Counted from the first letter of the stretch, positions 20,463 through 30,599 are shown. The stretch is 64,000 nucleotides of DNA from an uncultured delta proteobacterium (GCA_963737265.1 CAVTRY010000015.1:1-64000), one strand, 5' to 3'. Notes: generated by a model not told the origin, from the letters alone. Made by a program: numbers and translations.

Positions 20463-21411
20463 CTAGAGCTTGGGCGTTTCGAAGCACACGAGGTCGGCGA
20501 ACGCGGCGATGCGCGCGCGGATGGCGCCCGCGTCCAGGGTGCGAAATCGATCGAGGCTGAAGTCCTCGACGCAGAACGAGGCCAGCACCGTGCCGGCCAC
20601 CAACGCCGTCCGCACGCCCGCCGCCGAGGTGTCGCCGGTGCGCGCGAGGTATCCCATCAACCCGCCGGCGAATGAATCTCCGGCTCCCGTCGGGTCGACA
20701 ACCTTGTCGAGCGGGAAGGCGGGCGCCGCGAAGACTTCCTCTTGCTGGAAAAGCAGCGCGCCAGCATCGCCGCGCTTGATCACGACCGCCTGCGGGCCCA
20801 TGGCGGAAATCGCCTTGGCCGCGGCCGGCAGGCTCGAACTGCCCGGAAAGCTGGCGCGCTTCCTCGTCGTTGAGCAGCAGCATGTCCACGCGTTCGAGCA
20901 CGCGCAAAAGCTCGGCGTGCTTGCCGCCAATCCAGAAGTTCATGGTGTCACAAGCGGAGAAGCGCGGCTTTTTCACCTGCATCAGCACTTCGAGCTGAAG
21001 CACGGGATCGATGTTGGCCAGGAAAACAATCGGCGTCTCGGACCAACCCGCCGGCAGCTTCGGCCTAAAAGTCTCGAACACGTTGAGCTGGGTGTCGAGT
21101 GTGGTGCGCGTGTTGAAGTCCGCCGCGTAACGGCCGGCCCAGCGAAAGGTTCGGCCCGCAGCACGTTCCAGGCCGCCGAGGTCAATGCCGTGCGCCCGCA
21201 AGAAGTCTTCGTGGACCTTGGGAAAGTCCGTGCCCACGACGCCCACCAGGCGGGTCGGCGCGAAGAAAGACGCCGCGTAGGAGGAAAACGACGCCGCGCC
21301 ACCCAGGATTTCGTCGCGCCGGTCCTGGTTCGTTTCAACCGTGTCGAGCGCGACGGAGCCGACCACGAGCAAGGGCGACGATGAATGGCTGGCAAAAGTT
21401 GGGTCTGTCAT
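20463..21411 (-). CDS. PfkB family sugar/nucleoside kinase; frameshift near 20838
   Basis: VVGSVALD, LGGAAS and NDEEAR in one frame; IKRG and DPTGAGDSFAGG in the next. Confidence 0.88.
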
Positions 21412-21467
21412 TGGGAACGAATCTCCTCTTGGATGTCCACCTGCTATCACGAATCGCGCCGCCAGAG

Positions 21468-22757
21468 CTACTGGCCCCAACCGGCGAAAAGCTGGGTGAA
21501 GAACAGCGGCACGGCCCCATCCTCCTGCTTTCCCAGCGCCACGCCGACACCCACGTGGGTCAGCGCCGGGTTGAGAATATTGTCGCGGTGGCCGGGACTG
21601 GCCATGAATCCGCGCTCGGCGCTAGCCGCCGAATAGTCGCGGCCGACGTTTTCGGCGATGACCCTGGGCATGGGTAAGATGCCGGCGATGCGAACGCGAT
21701 CCACGGCGTTTCCGCTGCGACGAGAAACGTGGCCGACGTCTCCCATTTCCTCCATCTCGCTGCTGTAGCGACGCGCAATCCGCGCGAGTCTTGGATCGCG
21801 CACGAGCGGCGGCAACCCATTGGAGGCACGATCCCGATCCAGAAGATCGAGGATCTGCTGTTCGACCGCGGCCGGATCGGTCGCCCGCGGGCTAGGAGAC
21901 TTCCTCGCCAGGAACGTCGCGGGGGGATCGACACCGCAGTACACCGGAAAGTTGGCGAGAACGGTCGGCCCACGCGAGTCTTCCGCGCTGACTTCGACCT
22001 GATAGACGCCGTCGCCCTGATTGCATTCAAGCTGTGCCACGAACGTGTCCTGCTGGACCTTGGCGGCAAGCTTGTGAACCGTACCTCCTGGCGACGCGAC
22101 CAGGACCTCGGGAGAGCGAAACATGGCTTCGACCCGACCTGCAATGGGCGCCCGGCCGCCCGACGGTAGCTTGCGCGGAATGGGCTCTATATCCACATGG
22201 TGCTCGTGAAAAGCCAGCACCGCGGTCCACAGGCCGGAACCACGCCTCACGCCGATTCCGACCCTCCGCCACGCCACCGAAGACGTGGAAATACTAGCAA
22301 GTTGCCGATGTAGGTCGGCCACGGCGGACTCTTCGGCGCCGTCCCTGCCATTGATCAGAATCAGGTTGGGCTCGGGCTCGACCAGACCGTAGTACGCCAG
22401 CAGGAACGCAATGGCGTCGGAGGCCGGCACGTTCATCTCGCCGGTCAGCAACGCCAGGTCGTGCGCCAGGCCATCGAGTCTCACGTCGTGAACGAGCGCA
22501 GGCAGACCTCGCTTCCGTCGGGTTCGGTCGACTTCCGCCGCCAGCTGCAGCGCCAAGGAATCCGCCATGGCGCCGAGCACCGCACCTGTGGCGTAGCGAC
22601 CCGCCGGCAGACCCGAGGGAAACCCCGTCACGACGGGCGCTGAAATCGCTCCGCCGCCGGGAACGATGTTCTGGGCTCGGGTGCCCGCGCAGGCAACGCA
22701 CGCAAAAACGAGTCCTCGCAACAACTTTCCGGGCAAGACCTGGGGAGCCTTACACAT
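21468..22757 (-). CDS. CAP (SCP) domain protein, two CAP-like regions, probably exported
   Basis: C-terminal ENVG...FMASPGHRDNILNP..THVGVGV; degenerate N-terminal CAP; start uncertain. Confidence 0.8.
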   Translation of the reverse strand: MCKAPQVLPGKLLRGLVFACVACAGTRAQNIVPGGGAISAPVVTGFPSGLPAGRYATGAVLGAMADSLALQLAAEVDRTRRKRGLPALVHDVRLDGLAHDLALLTGEMNVPASDAIAFLLAYYGLVEPEPNLILINGRDGAEESAVADLHRQLASISTSSVAWRRVGIGVRRGSGLWTAVLAFHEHHVDIEPIPRKLPSGGRAPIAGRVEAMFRSPEVLVASPGGTVHKLAAKVQQDTFVAQLECNQGDGVYQVEVSAEDSRGPTVLANFPVYCGVDPPATFLARKSPSPRATDPAAVEQQILDLLDRDRASNGLPPLVRDPRLARIARRYSSEMEEMGDVGHVSRRSGNAVDRVRIAGILPMPRVIAENVGRDYSAASAERGFMASPGHRDNILNPALTHVGVGVALGKQEDGAVPLFFTQLFAGWGQ

Positions 22758-22996
22758 AAATCGGACCCATTCGGTTTGTTTGATCGTCACAGGGCCAAGA
22801 AAAAGGGCCGCCTGGCGAGCGCCGGACGGGTACCTTGCATGAACCCGGGTTTTGGAGTGAAGCGACCGGAAACCCAAGGGCGCATCCTCAAGAGCGGGTC
22901 GCGAGACCTGCCACGCCGAGAGAATGGATGGAAAACCCGAGCCTGTGCAACGCACCCGCGCCGGACGGCCTTCTTGACTTCCGTGGCGCCTGAAAA

Positions 22997-24400
22997 CTAG
23001 GGTTTGGTGGCATCGACCTTCTTGGCCTTGCCGCCCGCTTTGCTCTTGTCGGCGGCGGCCTTTTCGCCCTTCTTGTCGTCCTTCCTTTCGTCCTTGACCA
23101 CGGCTGCTTTGGGCGGCGGAACTTCGCCCTTCTCGTCGCCGAAGACGATCTGGCCGAAGCGGTCGAGCTTGTGGAAGTCGCCCACCAGCGGCGGGCTCCA
23201 GCCCACGGCGATCTGCGGCTTGTCTTTGGGGGAATCGAGGCGATACATGTTCACGCGCCAGACGTCGCCGACCGCCGGGGGAATCTTCACGCCCGGCTTG
23301 TCGAGACCGTTCGCGTCGGCAAGCGGCAGAGCCATCTCGACCGTCCAGCTCTTGTCCTGATCGTCCCGCTTGTTGAGCGTGCCGTCGACCTTGACCGCCG
23401 CCTTCAGCTTGGAGTTCCAGTCGTACATCTTGCGCTTGGGATCGATGCTGTCTTCGTATTTGCGATAGGTGGGCAGGTACGAATCGAAGATGTTGCCGTT
23501 GGGCGCGACTTGCAGCTCGATGTACGTCTTGCCGTTGCCATCGGCATCGATCATCACCTCAACCGCCTCTTGCGTCCACAGCTTGGCATCGCGCTCAGTC
23601 AGCGTCGACCAAATGTCGGTGTCCTGGTTCTCGAATGCGATGTACAGGTTCTGGTTGTCCCACAGCAACTTCGCCTCGGTGGCAATGCTCGCCGGATTGC
23701 CGGACATGGTGTCCACGAAGAGCCCCGTCGAAGGAGCGGTCTTCCAGGCTGCCTCGTCCAACTTGCCGTCTATCTTGATGGGCTTGGTGGTCTTGGTGAC
23801 GATGTAGCGCTTGAGCGGCGCCGAGGCTTTGACGTTCATCGGGATGCTGGCGGCGAATACGCGGTTGTCGTTCTGCGGACCCGACTTCACGGTCATGCGA
23901 TCGTGGCCCCGGTAAAGGCCAGTGTAGACCTCGAGGTGATCGTAGGTCCACCCCGCCGGCGGACGGAAGGTGTGCTGATCGCGGACAATTTCCCCCGCCT
24001 TCCAACGCGCGGCCGGGTACTTGCCATTGACCGGCGTGTGGTCCACGTTGGCGAAACCTTGCTGCTTGGGACCGCTGATATGGGTGAACATCTTCCACCC
24101 TTCGCCGGGCGCCTCGTTGACCTTCCAGTAGTGGGTCAGCCTCACGTCCTTGCCCGCCTCGACTGGATTCGGGCTGACATCCAAGCCGAGGTAGGTCACC
24201 TTGCCGTCGAGATCCGCGTTCACCACGAACTGCGGTGTCGGCGGGGTGGTGAGGATGTTCTTCTTGATGAACTCCTCGTCCTCTTTGGTGGGCTTGTCCT
24301 CCGCCTGTTCCACGCAACCCAAGGCGAGACTGGAGAGCGCCAGGGCGTAGAGCCAACCGCTGGAACGTCTGCTGCAAACACTAGCTAAGACTGGTGACAT
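22997..24400 (-). CDS. Lipoprotein with CBM9-like (sugar-binding DOMON) domain
   Basis: Lipobox LALGC; IKIDGKLDEAAW, KLLWDNQNLYIAF, WTVEMALP; Lys-rich tail. Confidence 0.8.
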   Translation of the reverse strand: MSPVLASVCSRRSSGWLYALALSSLALGCVEQAEDKPTKEDEEFIKKNILTTPPTPQFVVNADLDGKVTYLGLDVSPNPVEAGKDVRLTHYWKVNEAPGEGWKMFTHISGPKQQGFANVDHTPVNGKYPAARWKAGEIVRDQHTFRPPAGWTYDHLEVYTGLYRGHDRMTVKSGPQNDNRVFAASIPMNVKASAPLKRYIVTKTTKPIKIDGKLDEAAWKTAPSTGLFVDTMSGNPASIATEAKLLWDNQNLYIAFENQDTDIWSTLTERDAKLWTQEAVEVMIDADGNGKTYIELQVAPNGNIFDSYLPTYRKYEDSIDPKRKMYDWNSKLKAAVKVDGTLNKRDDQDKSWTVEMALPLADANGLDKPGVKIPPAVGDVWRVNMYRLDSPKDKPQIAVGWSPPLVGDFHKLDRFGQIVFGDEKGEVPPPKAAVVKDERKDDKKGEKAAADKSKAGGKAKKVDATKP

Positions 24401-24567
24401 CGGTAATTTTCCCTTTCCCGGCCAGCCAGCATCAAACGCTGCCGGCAGCCAGCGACGGCGTTTCTACTGAAGACCGGCCGGATTTGCAAACGCAAGCGGC
24501 GCGATGCACGCTCGGAGTGCCGAAAAAGAGCGCAGCGGCCGGTGGCGAGGTCGCATATACCTCCGCA

Positions 24568-24825
24568 TCAGCGGGGGACGCGACGAGCCTGAGCCACCAC
24601 CCGCACCTTGGGCGCCTCGCCAATCTCGTTGATGAGAACGGGCGCGCCGTCGGAAAGGTCACCGTCGCCGAAAGCCTCGGCGGCAGCCTTGAGCGCGAGA
24701 TCGAGGGAGGTATGCACGCCGACGAGCCGGCGCCCACAAACCACGGCAAACTTGCCGCTGTGCTCGTCGAGAAGCGCCTGTTTACAGCTATCGAAAAACG
24801 CGGTCTCTTCGGATGCGTGAAGCAT
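24568..24825 (-). CDS. Small hypothetical protein (DUF5678-like)
   Basis: FF...LLDEHSGKFAVVCG..LVG pattern; fills an otherwise empty gap. Confidence 0.45.
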   Translation of the reverse strand: MLHASEETAFFDSCKQALLDEHSGKFAVVCGRRLVGVHTSLDLALKAAAEAFGDGDLSDGAPVLINEIGEAPKVRVVAQARRVPR

Positions 24826-24913
24826 GCCCCAGAGTCAACCGTCGCGGTGGTCCCGTCAAGAAACTGACTACGCGCGACGGTACGCGTTGCCCCCGCAATC
24901 GCCGACTCCAGAG

Positions 24914-25702
24914 TTACAGCTTGTTGAGCCCGGCTAGAGGATCGTTGTCCAGCTTCTTCTTCTTCGCAATGGTGGGCACATCGGCGGACTTCGCTGCGGC
25001 AGGCTCAGACTGGGCTGTGTGCCGAGCCGAGCGCGAAGCTTTGCGGCTCGTAGCGTGCGACGCTCTTGCCGGCGCCGACGGTTTTTCGACCTTTGCCGTT
25101 GCCGCCATGGCCGGCGCGCTCGGCGCGGCGGAAGCGGCCGGCGCTATCGCCGGCGCCGGGACCATCGCCATTGTGGCCTTGAGCTTGTCCTCGCATTGTC
25201 TGAGGTTCGTCTTCGACTGCTGGTCGGCCCTGGCGGCGGTCTCGACGGCCCGGTTGCGCGCCTCCTCGGACTGCGCGATCGTTGCATTCTTCGCGGCAAG
25301 GAGCGCCTGCGTGTCGTTCTGCAGCTTCACGTAGCCAGCTCCGCCCGCGCCGATGAGGACGATTGCCACAGCAACCGCTGCCTTGACCGATGTTCTCGGT
25401 CGAACCAACACCTGCGCCGGTGCCGTATCGTAGCCGATGGGCGCGCGACCATAGGCGACCCGATTCGCGCTCCCGCTATCAAACCCCGAGCTGGAATCAA
25501 ACCCCGCGGATTTTCGCAACGCGGACAAGTCGGCCCCCTGAATAGGCGGCGGAGTGAGTTGATCTGCGGCGGGGTCTTCGGCCGACACCGAGTGCCCGGA
25601 ACCAATGGCCGCTCTCGCATGGGTCTGACGGGTAATGCGCTCGTTCTTTAGCTTGCGGAGCTCGTTCAGCGAAGTGACTACGGAATCCTCGTTCTCCATC
25701 AT
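24914..25702 (-). CDS. Single-TM coiled-coil hypothetical protein
   Basis: N-terminal EDSVVTSLNELRKL, TM helix, coiled coil, C-terminal DNDPLAGL; SD-like AAGGAG upstream. Confidence 0.65.
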   Translation of the reverse strand: MMENEDSVVTSLNELRKLKNERITRQTHARAAIGSGHSVSAEDPAADQLTPPPIQGADLSALRKSAGFDSSSGFDSGSANRVAYGRAPIGYDTAPAQVLVRPRTSVKAAVAVAIVLIGAGGAGYVKLQNDTQALLAAKNATIAQSEEARNRAVETAARADQQSKTNLRQCEDKLKATMAMVPAPAIAPAASAAPSAPAMAATAKVEKPSAPARASHATSRKASRSARHTAQSEPAAAKSADVPTIAKKKKLDNDPLAGLNKL

Positions 25703-25886
25703 GCGCGGCTCTCCTTGTCGAGGGGTGTTTCGGGCTGCCACTGTTTGCGAGCGACTAGGCTCTTGGGGGGGCGACTCGGCAGGTGTTCAAGGGTAACACA
25801 TCCAACTCGCACCACGTGCGTAGAACGACACTTTACCACCGAAATCCGTAGACTCAATCGCAGAAAACCGCGCTTCGCGAGATTTG

Positions 25887-27185
25887 TCAGCGAGGCTGTT
25901 GCTCCGGCATCCGTGACAACCCTCGCAGGCCGCCCCACAGGCCCAGCCAGACGGGAAGAAACAGCAGAATGAACGGCCAATTATCTTGGTTTAGGCCCGG
26001 CAAAACCTTGCTCACGATCCCAAGCGCGGAAAAGACCAGCGCGGAAAGCGCCACGCCGCGCGCTTTCCTGGTTGAATTTCGCCGGCCCAGCGCCGCGCCG
26101 ATTCCGTAGCCGACCAAGAGCACCGCCCACGGGGCGAGTTGCAGGATATTCGCGTTGGCGTGCGCGGCTTTGTGATCCGTGAATGCCCACAGGCACACCA
26201 GGATCAACCCCAGCAGTCCCAAGCCGAGCCCCAGCGCGGATGCTACAAGCCCCAACAACACCCTAGCGCCTGCGACGCGTCTTCCCAGCCCTCCTAGTAG
26301 GAACAGCACGATCCCCGCCGTCGCACCGATTCCCAGAAAATACACATTCCAGCAGGGCGGCGCTGGCGGTTTGGCCGGCCGTGTGGACTGGTAGACGACT
26401 CTCTCCGATCGGACCAAAGGCTTCTCACCCGTGCCATCCGGGATCCGCGCCGCACGCAGCAGGTCCGACAACCGCTCGGGCAAGAATGCTTCGTTCCAGA
26501 AATTGATCGGCACATCGGTGGCTCGGCCAAGGCCGAGGTAGAGCCCCAAGTATTCGGGCAAGAGGTCGGCGGTCACGCGGAGCGCATGGGCGCGAAAGGT
26601 CAGGCGCGCCGGCGCCTGTCCAGCCGCACGCACGTGGCCATCCGTTACGCGATCGATGGCGTCGCGAACTCGTGTCGAACAGTTATCGTAGAAGTAGTCA
26701 TAAAGGTATTCGCGATTTTCCGGTCGGGCATTTTCGCGCAGCGCCTGCCACAGGGCCCAGCGCTGGGCAGGTGCCAGATCCAGTTCCTGCGCCAGGATCG
26801 TCCGGTCGGCGGCCACATACGATTCCATCGTGTCGTCCGCGCCCGAGACGGAAAGCCAGTACTTGAACTTGCCGCGCAGAAACTTGGGGATCAGCGCGGG
26901 GGAATCGAACTGAAACGTACCGAAGTTGAACACGAGCCCCTGTCCGTTCTTGGGCTGCAGCAAGATGGCGTTGTGCCCGAACTTGAAGAACGGGTGCTCC
27001 CCAGGCCCGAAGGTCAGGGCGGACACGGTTAGGTCGTCACCCGGTTCAGCATGCGCGCAACGCGAAACCGCCATGACGGCGGACACGATGGCGAACAAGC
27101 TGGCGGTCGCGGCGACCACGCGTCCTGATCCACGGCCTCCGAGAGCCTTCGCGTGGCGCGACGATTGTTCCAGCGGTCGTGTCAT
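25887..27185 (-). CDS. DUF4105 / Lnb-type lipoprotein N-acyltransferase-like membrane protein
   Basis: FGHNAI, FNFGTF and YDYFYDNCSTR (His/Cys dyad); C-terminal TM helices. Confidence 0.8.
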   Translation of the reverse strand: MTRPLEQSSRHAKALGGRGSGRVVAATASLFAIVSAVMAVSRCAHAEPGDDLTVSALTFGPGEHPFFKFGHNAILLQPKNGQGLVFNFGTFQFDSPALIPKFLRGKFKYWLSVSGADDTMESYVAADRTILAQELDLAPAQRWALWQALRENARPENREYLYDYFYDNCSTRVRDAIDRVTDGHVRAAGQAPARLTFRAHALRVTADLLPEYLGLYLGLGRATDVPINFWNEAFLPERLSDLLRAARIPDGTGEKPLVRSERVVYQSTRPAKPPAPPCWNVYFLGIGATAGIVLFLLGGLGRRVAGARVLLGLVASALGLGLGLLGLILVCLWAFTDHKAAHANANILQLAPWAVLLVGYGIGAALGRRNSTRKARGVALSALVFSALGIVSKVLPGLNQDNWPFILLFLPVWLGLWGGLRGLSRMPEQQPR

Positions 27186-27186
27186 G

Positions 27187-27315
27187 AGGCTTCAGGCTTC
27201 AGGCTATAGTGCAGACGCGTGGCGAGATCCAGCGCGATCTCATTCGGGCCATGGAAAGGGTGATAGCCGCTCCCGACCAGACAACCTGAAGCCTGACGCC
27301 CGGAGCCTGAAGCCT
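27187..27315. repeat. Inverted arrays of a heptamer (AGGCTTC x3 ... AGCCTGA x~5)
   Basis: 27187..27206 AGGCTTCAGGCTTCAGGCTA; 27283..27315 AACCTGA AGCCTGA CGCCCGG AGCCTGA AGCCT. Confidence 0.8.
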
Positions 27316-27353
27316 CGGGTTGCGGGCGAAGCCCGCGATGCAGCGCAATGGGT

Positions 27354-28188
27354 TCATCGGGTCTCAACTTTCGCAGTGGGAATGACTTCGACTTCGTAAA
27401 GATGTGGCCACAGCTTCCCGGTCACGAGCAAGTGTCCCGTGTTCGGCAGCTCGGCGATTCCGTTCAGCACGTCAGCGCCGGCGGACTCGTTCGCGTCGAG
27501 GAGCCCGCCGGCGTCGATCCAAGCCGTAACATTGCCCGAGCTGGCGTCGATGCGGGCAATGTGGTTGTCCTGCCAGACATTGGCGAAGATAGCACCGCCG
27601 GCGCATTCTAATTCGTTGAGGTTGGCGAGCGGCTGTCCGGCCAAGCGAACGCGTATTTCGCCCTCCTTCGCGAAGGTTGTTCGAGCTGCGCTGGGTCAGC
27701 TTGTCGCTCCCGTCGCTCATGATGAGGTGATTGCCGTCGAAGCAAAGCCCCCAGCCTTCACCGTCGTAGGTGAATTCCCGATCCTTGGTCAGGCGGGCCA
27801 AATCCCAGACCAGAGCTTTCCCATTCTTCCACGTAAGCTGGAACAGGCGCTGGCCCACCAGGGCCAGGCCCTCGCCGAAGAGCTCGGCGGGAAGTTTGGC
27901 CTCCAGTTCCACCTGACCGCTCGCAAGATCCACGCGACGAATCGACGAGCGGGCATAAAGACCCGTGCTTTCGTAGAGCTTGCCGTCGAGAAAGAGCAGT
28001 CCCTGAGTAAACGCGTGCGGGTCATGCGGATACACGCGCACGACCCTCAGGCGAAAGCTCGGAATCGCCGCCGGGTGCGCGGCCGGCTTCGCGCAGACGC
28101 CTGCCGCCGTCATGGCGAGGAAGGCCACCGCCAAGCGCAGAACGCGCGCGGCTGCCAGTTGTGGTCGTGCCTGCATGACCCGCATCAT
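27354..28188 (-). CDS. Glutaminyl-peptide cyclotransferase (type I QC); frameshift near 27675
   Basis: YPHDPHAFTQGL, ESTGLY, FGEGL, QLTWK, EGWGL and MSDGS, then LNELE, FANVWQ, VLNGIA and VTGKLWP in the next frame. Confidence 0.9.
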
Positions 28189-28207
28189 AACCGACCCGGT
28201 GAACTGG

Positions 28208-28867
28208 TCAGAACGTTACCGGCATGGCCAAGGCTATTTTCAGGCGGCGAAGGAATTCGGACCTGGGAATCTCGGTTGCTCCGAGACTAGCCAAGTGCGA
28301 CGTCATGACCTGTCCGTCGAGGAGGGCGAAGCCACGGGCTCGAAGGTGCGTCACCAAGTGGGCAAAGGCGGCCTTGGACGCATTGGCGCGCCGGCGGAAC
28401 ATGGACTCGCCGCCGAAGAAGCCGCCCATGGCAATACCATAGAGACCGCCCACGACCTCTTTCCCCTCATAGACTTCCACGCTATGAGCTATCCCTCGCC
28501 GATGAAGCTCGCCATAACCGACGATGAACTCCTCCGAGATCCAGGTACTCGGTCTGTCAACCGTGGGTTCAGCACATCGTCTCATCGTGCCTTCGAAATC
28601 CCTGTCCAGATGGAAGGTCCAGCCTGACTGGCGAATCTGCTTGCGCAGGCTGCGCGGCGCTTGGAACGAATCCAGCTCGAAGATAGCTCGCGGGTCTGGA
28701 CACCACCACGTGACAGCTGGCTGCGATGACCAGGGAAAGATCCCCATGCGGTAAGCCTTCTCCAGAATGTCTGGATGCAGCGTCCCCCCAACCGCCACCA
28801 ACCCCTCATCGTCCGCCTCCAAGCCGTGATCTGGCTCACAGTCAGGAGGATTTTTTGAAGGTGGCAT
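28208..28867 (-). CDS. aat: Leucyl/phenylalanyl-tRNA--protein transferase
   Basis: AYRMGIFPW, WWCPDPR, TWIS, AHSVEV, GGLYG and FGGESMF...NASKAA. Confidence 0.95.
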   Translation of the reverse strand: MPPSKNPPDCEPDHGLEADDEGLVAVGGTLHPDILEKAYRMGIFPWSSQPAVTWWCPDPRAIFELDSFQAPRSLRKQIRQSGWTFHLDRDFEGTMRRCAEPTVDRPSTWISEEFIVGYGELHRRGIAHSVEVYEGKEVVGGLYGIAMGGFFGGESMFRRRANASKAAFAHLVTHLRARGFALLDGQVMTSHLASLGATEIPRSEFLRRLKIALAMPVTF

Positions 28868-29036
28868 TCTCTTTTTCTCTCGCGGCGGCGCCAAGTTTTG
28901 TAGAAAGAGCGGGTAGGTTGGTTCGTCTAGGAGAACACGAGAACATCGCAGCAGAAAAAGTTTTACTTTTGTAACATTTTGAGTAGGATACCGCGCCAAG
29001 GCGTTTAGGCAGAGAACAAACCCAGGAGAGAAGGTT

Positions 29037-29462
29037 ATGATGAGGAAGTTTGCTATTACGGTATTTGCACTTTCGCTGACAGCGTTGGGCTGCGGCAGCG
29101 ACAGCGGGACCCCGGTCGCGGATAGTGGTCATGCTGGCGATACGGCTGTGACCACGGGAGCGGAGGCTGGTGCGCCCAAGGACACCGGGTCGACGCTGGA
29201 TGCTGGAGCTACAGTCGATGTACCGGGCGTGGACGTTGCGTCGGCAGACGTTGCCGCACCCAGCGACGTTGCGCAACCAGCGGACGCAGGCCAAATCACG
29301 GAGGCAGGCAAGCCGGATGCGCCACCATTGCCGGTTGATGGCGGACCCCGAATCGACGGCTTGTCCGTGGATTCGAACGCCCAGGCGGATGTCGCTGCAC
29401 CAACCGACGTATCCGTGGCGGGGGAAGCGGGCCTTGCCGCGGACTCCGGCGCGACTGACTAG
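29037..29462 (+). CDS. Low-complexity acidic lipoprotein
   Basis: Lipobox LTALGC followed only by D-A/S-G/T-rich disordered sequence; AGGAG upstream. Confidence 0.7.
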   Translation: MMRKFAITVFALSLTALGCGSDSGTPVADSGHAGDTAVTTGAEAGAPKDTGSTLDAGATVDVPGVDVASADVAAPSDVAQPADAGQITEAGKPDAPPLPVDGGPRIDGLSVDSNAQADVAAPTDVSVAGEAGLAADSGATD

Positions 29463-29474
29463 CTCCACGTCAAG

Positions 29475-29510
29475 CTCGCATCCGATCTCGCATCCGATCT
29501 AGCATCCGAG
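29475..29510. repeat. 3 x 12 bp tandem repeat CTCGCATCCGAT
   Basis: ctcgcatccgat ctcgcatccgat ctagcatccgag. Confidence 0.85.
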
Positions 29511-29541
29511 AAAAGCGGGTCCCGCTGGGGATCCGCTTTTT
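29511..29541 (+). terminator. Rho-independent terminator
   Basis: AAAAGCGGGTCCC-gct-GGGGATCCGCTTTTT hairpin with T-run after the lipoprotein gene. Confidence 0.75.
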
Positions 29542-29732
29542 CGTTTTCGGGCGACGTATTTTGTCGCTTGCTGAACCCAGTTCTTGGCTCCCGGACAAGA
29601 ATCGTCGCGTTGCCGAGGAATCGCGCTGCCGCCGGTCCGCCTCCTTTGTCACCTAATTCAGGCGATCCCGAGAACCGTCGCTTGCTTCCCCTGGCCAACC
29701 AGGGTATCTGAGGCGGGCTACCAACGGAAACC

Positions 29733-30599
29733 ATGGCATCTGACCAAGCCGTTACAGCGACCCTCCTCGTGAACTGCCGCGACCGCACCGGCCTCGTGGC
29801 CGCGCTGTCTAATTTCGTTTTCAATCACGGTGGGAACATCCTCGACGCGGATCAGCATGCCGAGCTCGACAGCGGCGAGTTCTTCATGCGCCTGGTTTGG
29901 GATCTAGCGGGATTCGCCATCGAACGGGGTCAGATCCGCTCCGAGATCGCCAAGCTCGCGCAGCACTTCGATCTCAAGTGGGAGCTTACGATCTCTGACC
30001 GGATCCCCCGCGTCGCGGTGTTCGCGACCAAGGCATCCCATTGCCTATACGATCTCCTTCTCTGCCAACAAATCGGCGACCTTGGCGGAGAAATCGTGTC
30101 CGTCGTCTCCAACCACGATGTGCTTGCCGATGTTTGCAAGCATTTCGACGTCCCCTTCACGGTCGTCCCGGTCGACCGAGGTGACAAACGCAAGGCCGAG
30201 GATCAGCAGATCACGCTGCTCGACTCGCTCGACGTCGATGTCATCGTCCTTGCCCGCTACATGCAAATTCTGTCGGGCGAGTTCGTGGCAAGGTGGCCGA
30301 ATCGCATCATTAACATCCACCACTCTTTTCTTCCAGCTTTCGCCGGAGCGCGTCCCTACCACCAGGCCAAAGAGCGTGGCGTGAAAATCATCGGAGCGAC
30401 AGCCCACTACGTCACGGCGGAGCTGGACCAAGGACCTATCATCGAGCAGGACGTTCGCCGCGTCTCGCACCGCGACGAAGTCGAGGATCTGATGCGAGCC
30501 GGCCGCGACCTCGAACGCGAGGTGCTGACCCGCGCCGTACGGCTGCACTTGCAGCGTCGAGTCCTCGTTTCCGGCAACCGGACCATCGTATTCGGATAG
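29733..30599 (+). CDS. purU: Formyltetrahydrofolate deformylase
   Basis: ACT domain CRDRTGLVA; VLARYMQILS, INIHHSFLPAF.GA.PY and GVKIIGATAHYVT..LDQGPIIEQ. Confidence 0.96.
   Translation: MASDQAVTATLLVNCRDRTGLVAALSNFVFNHGGNILDADQHAELDSGEFFMRLVWDLAGFAIERGQIRSEIAKLAQHFDLKWELTISDRIPRVAVFATKASHCLYDLLLCQQIGDLGGEIVSVVSNHDVLADVCKHFDVPFTVVPVDRGDKRKAEDQQITLLDSLDVDVIVLARYMQILSGEFVARWPNRIINIHHSFLPAFAGARPYHQAKERGVKIIGATAHYVTAELDQGPIIEQDVRRVSHRDEVEDLMRAGRDLEREVLTRAVRLHLQRRVLVSGNRTIVFG

Noticed and set aside
29475-29510. Short repeats as a CRISPR array or iterons
   Set aside because: Only three contiguous 12-mers, no spacers, and no cas or rep genes
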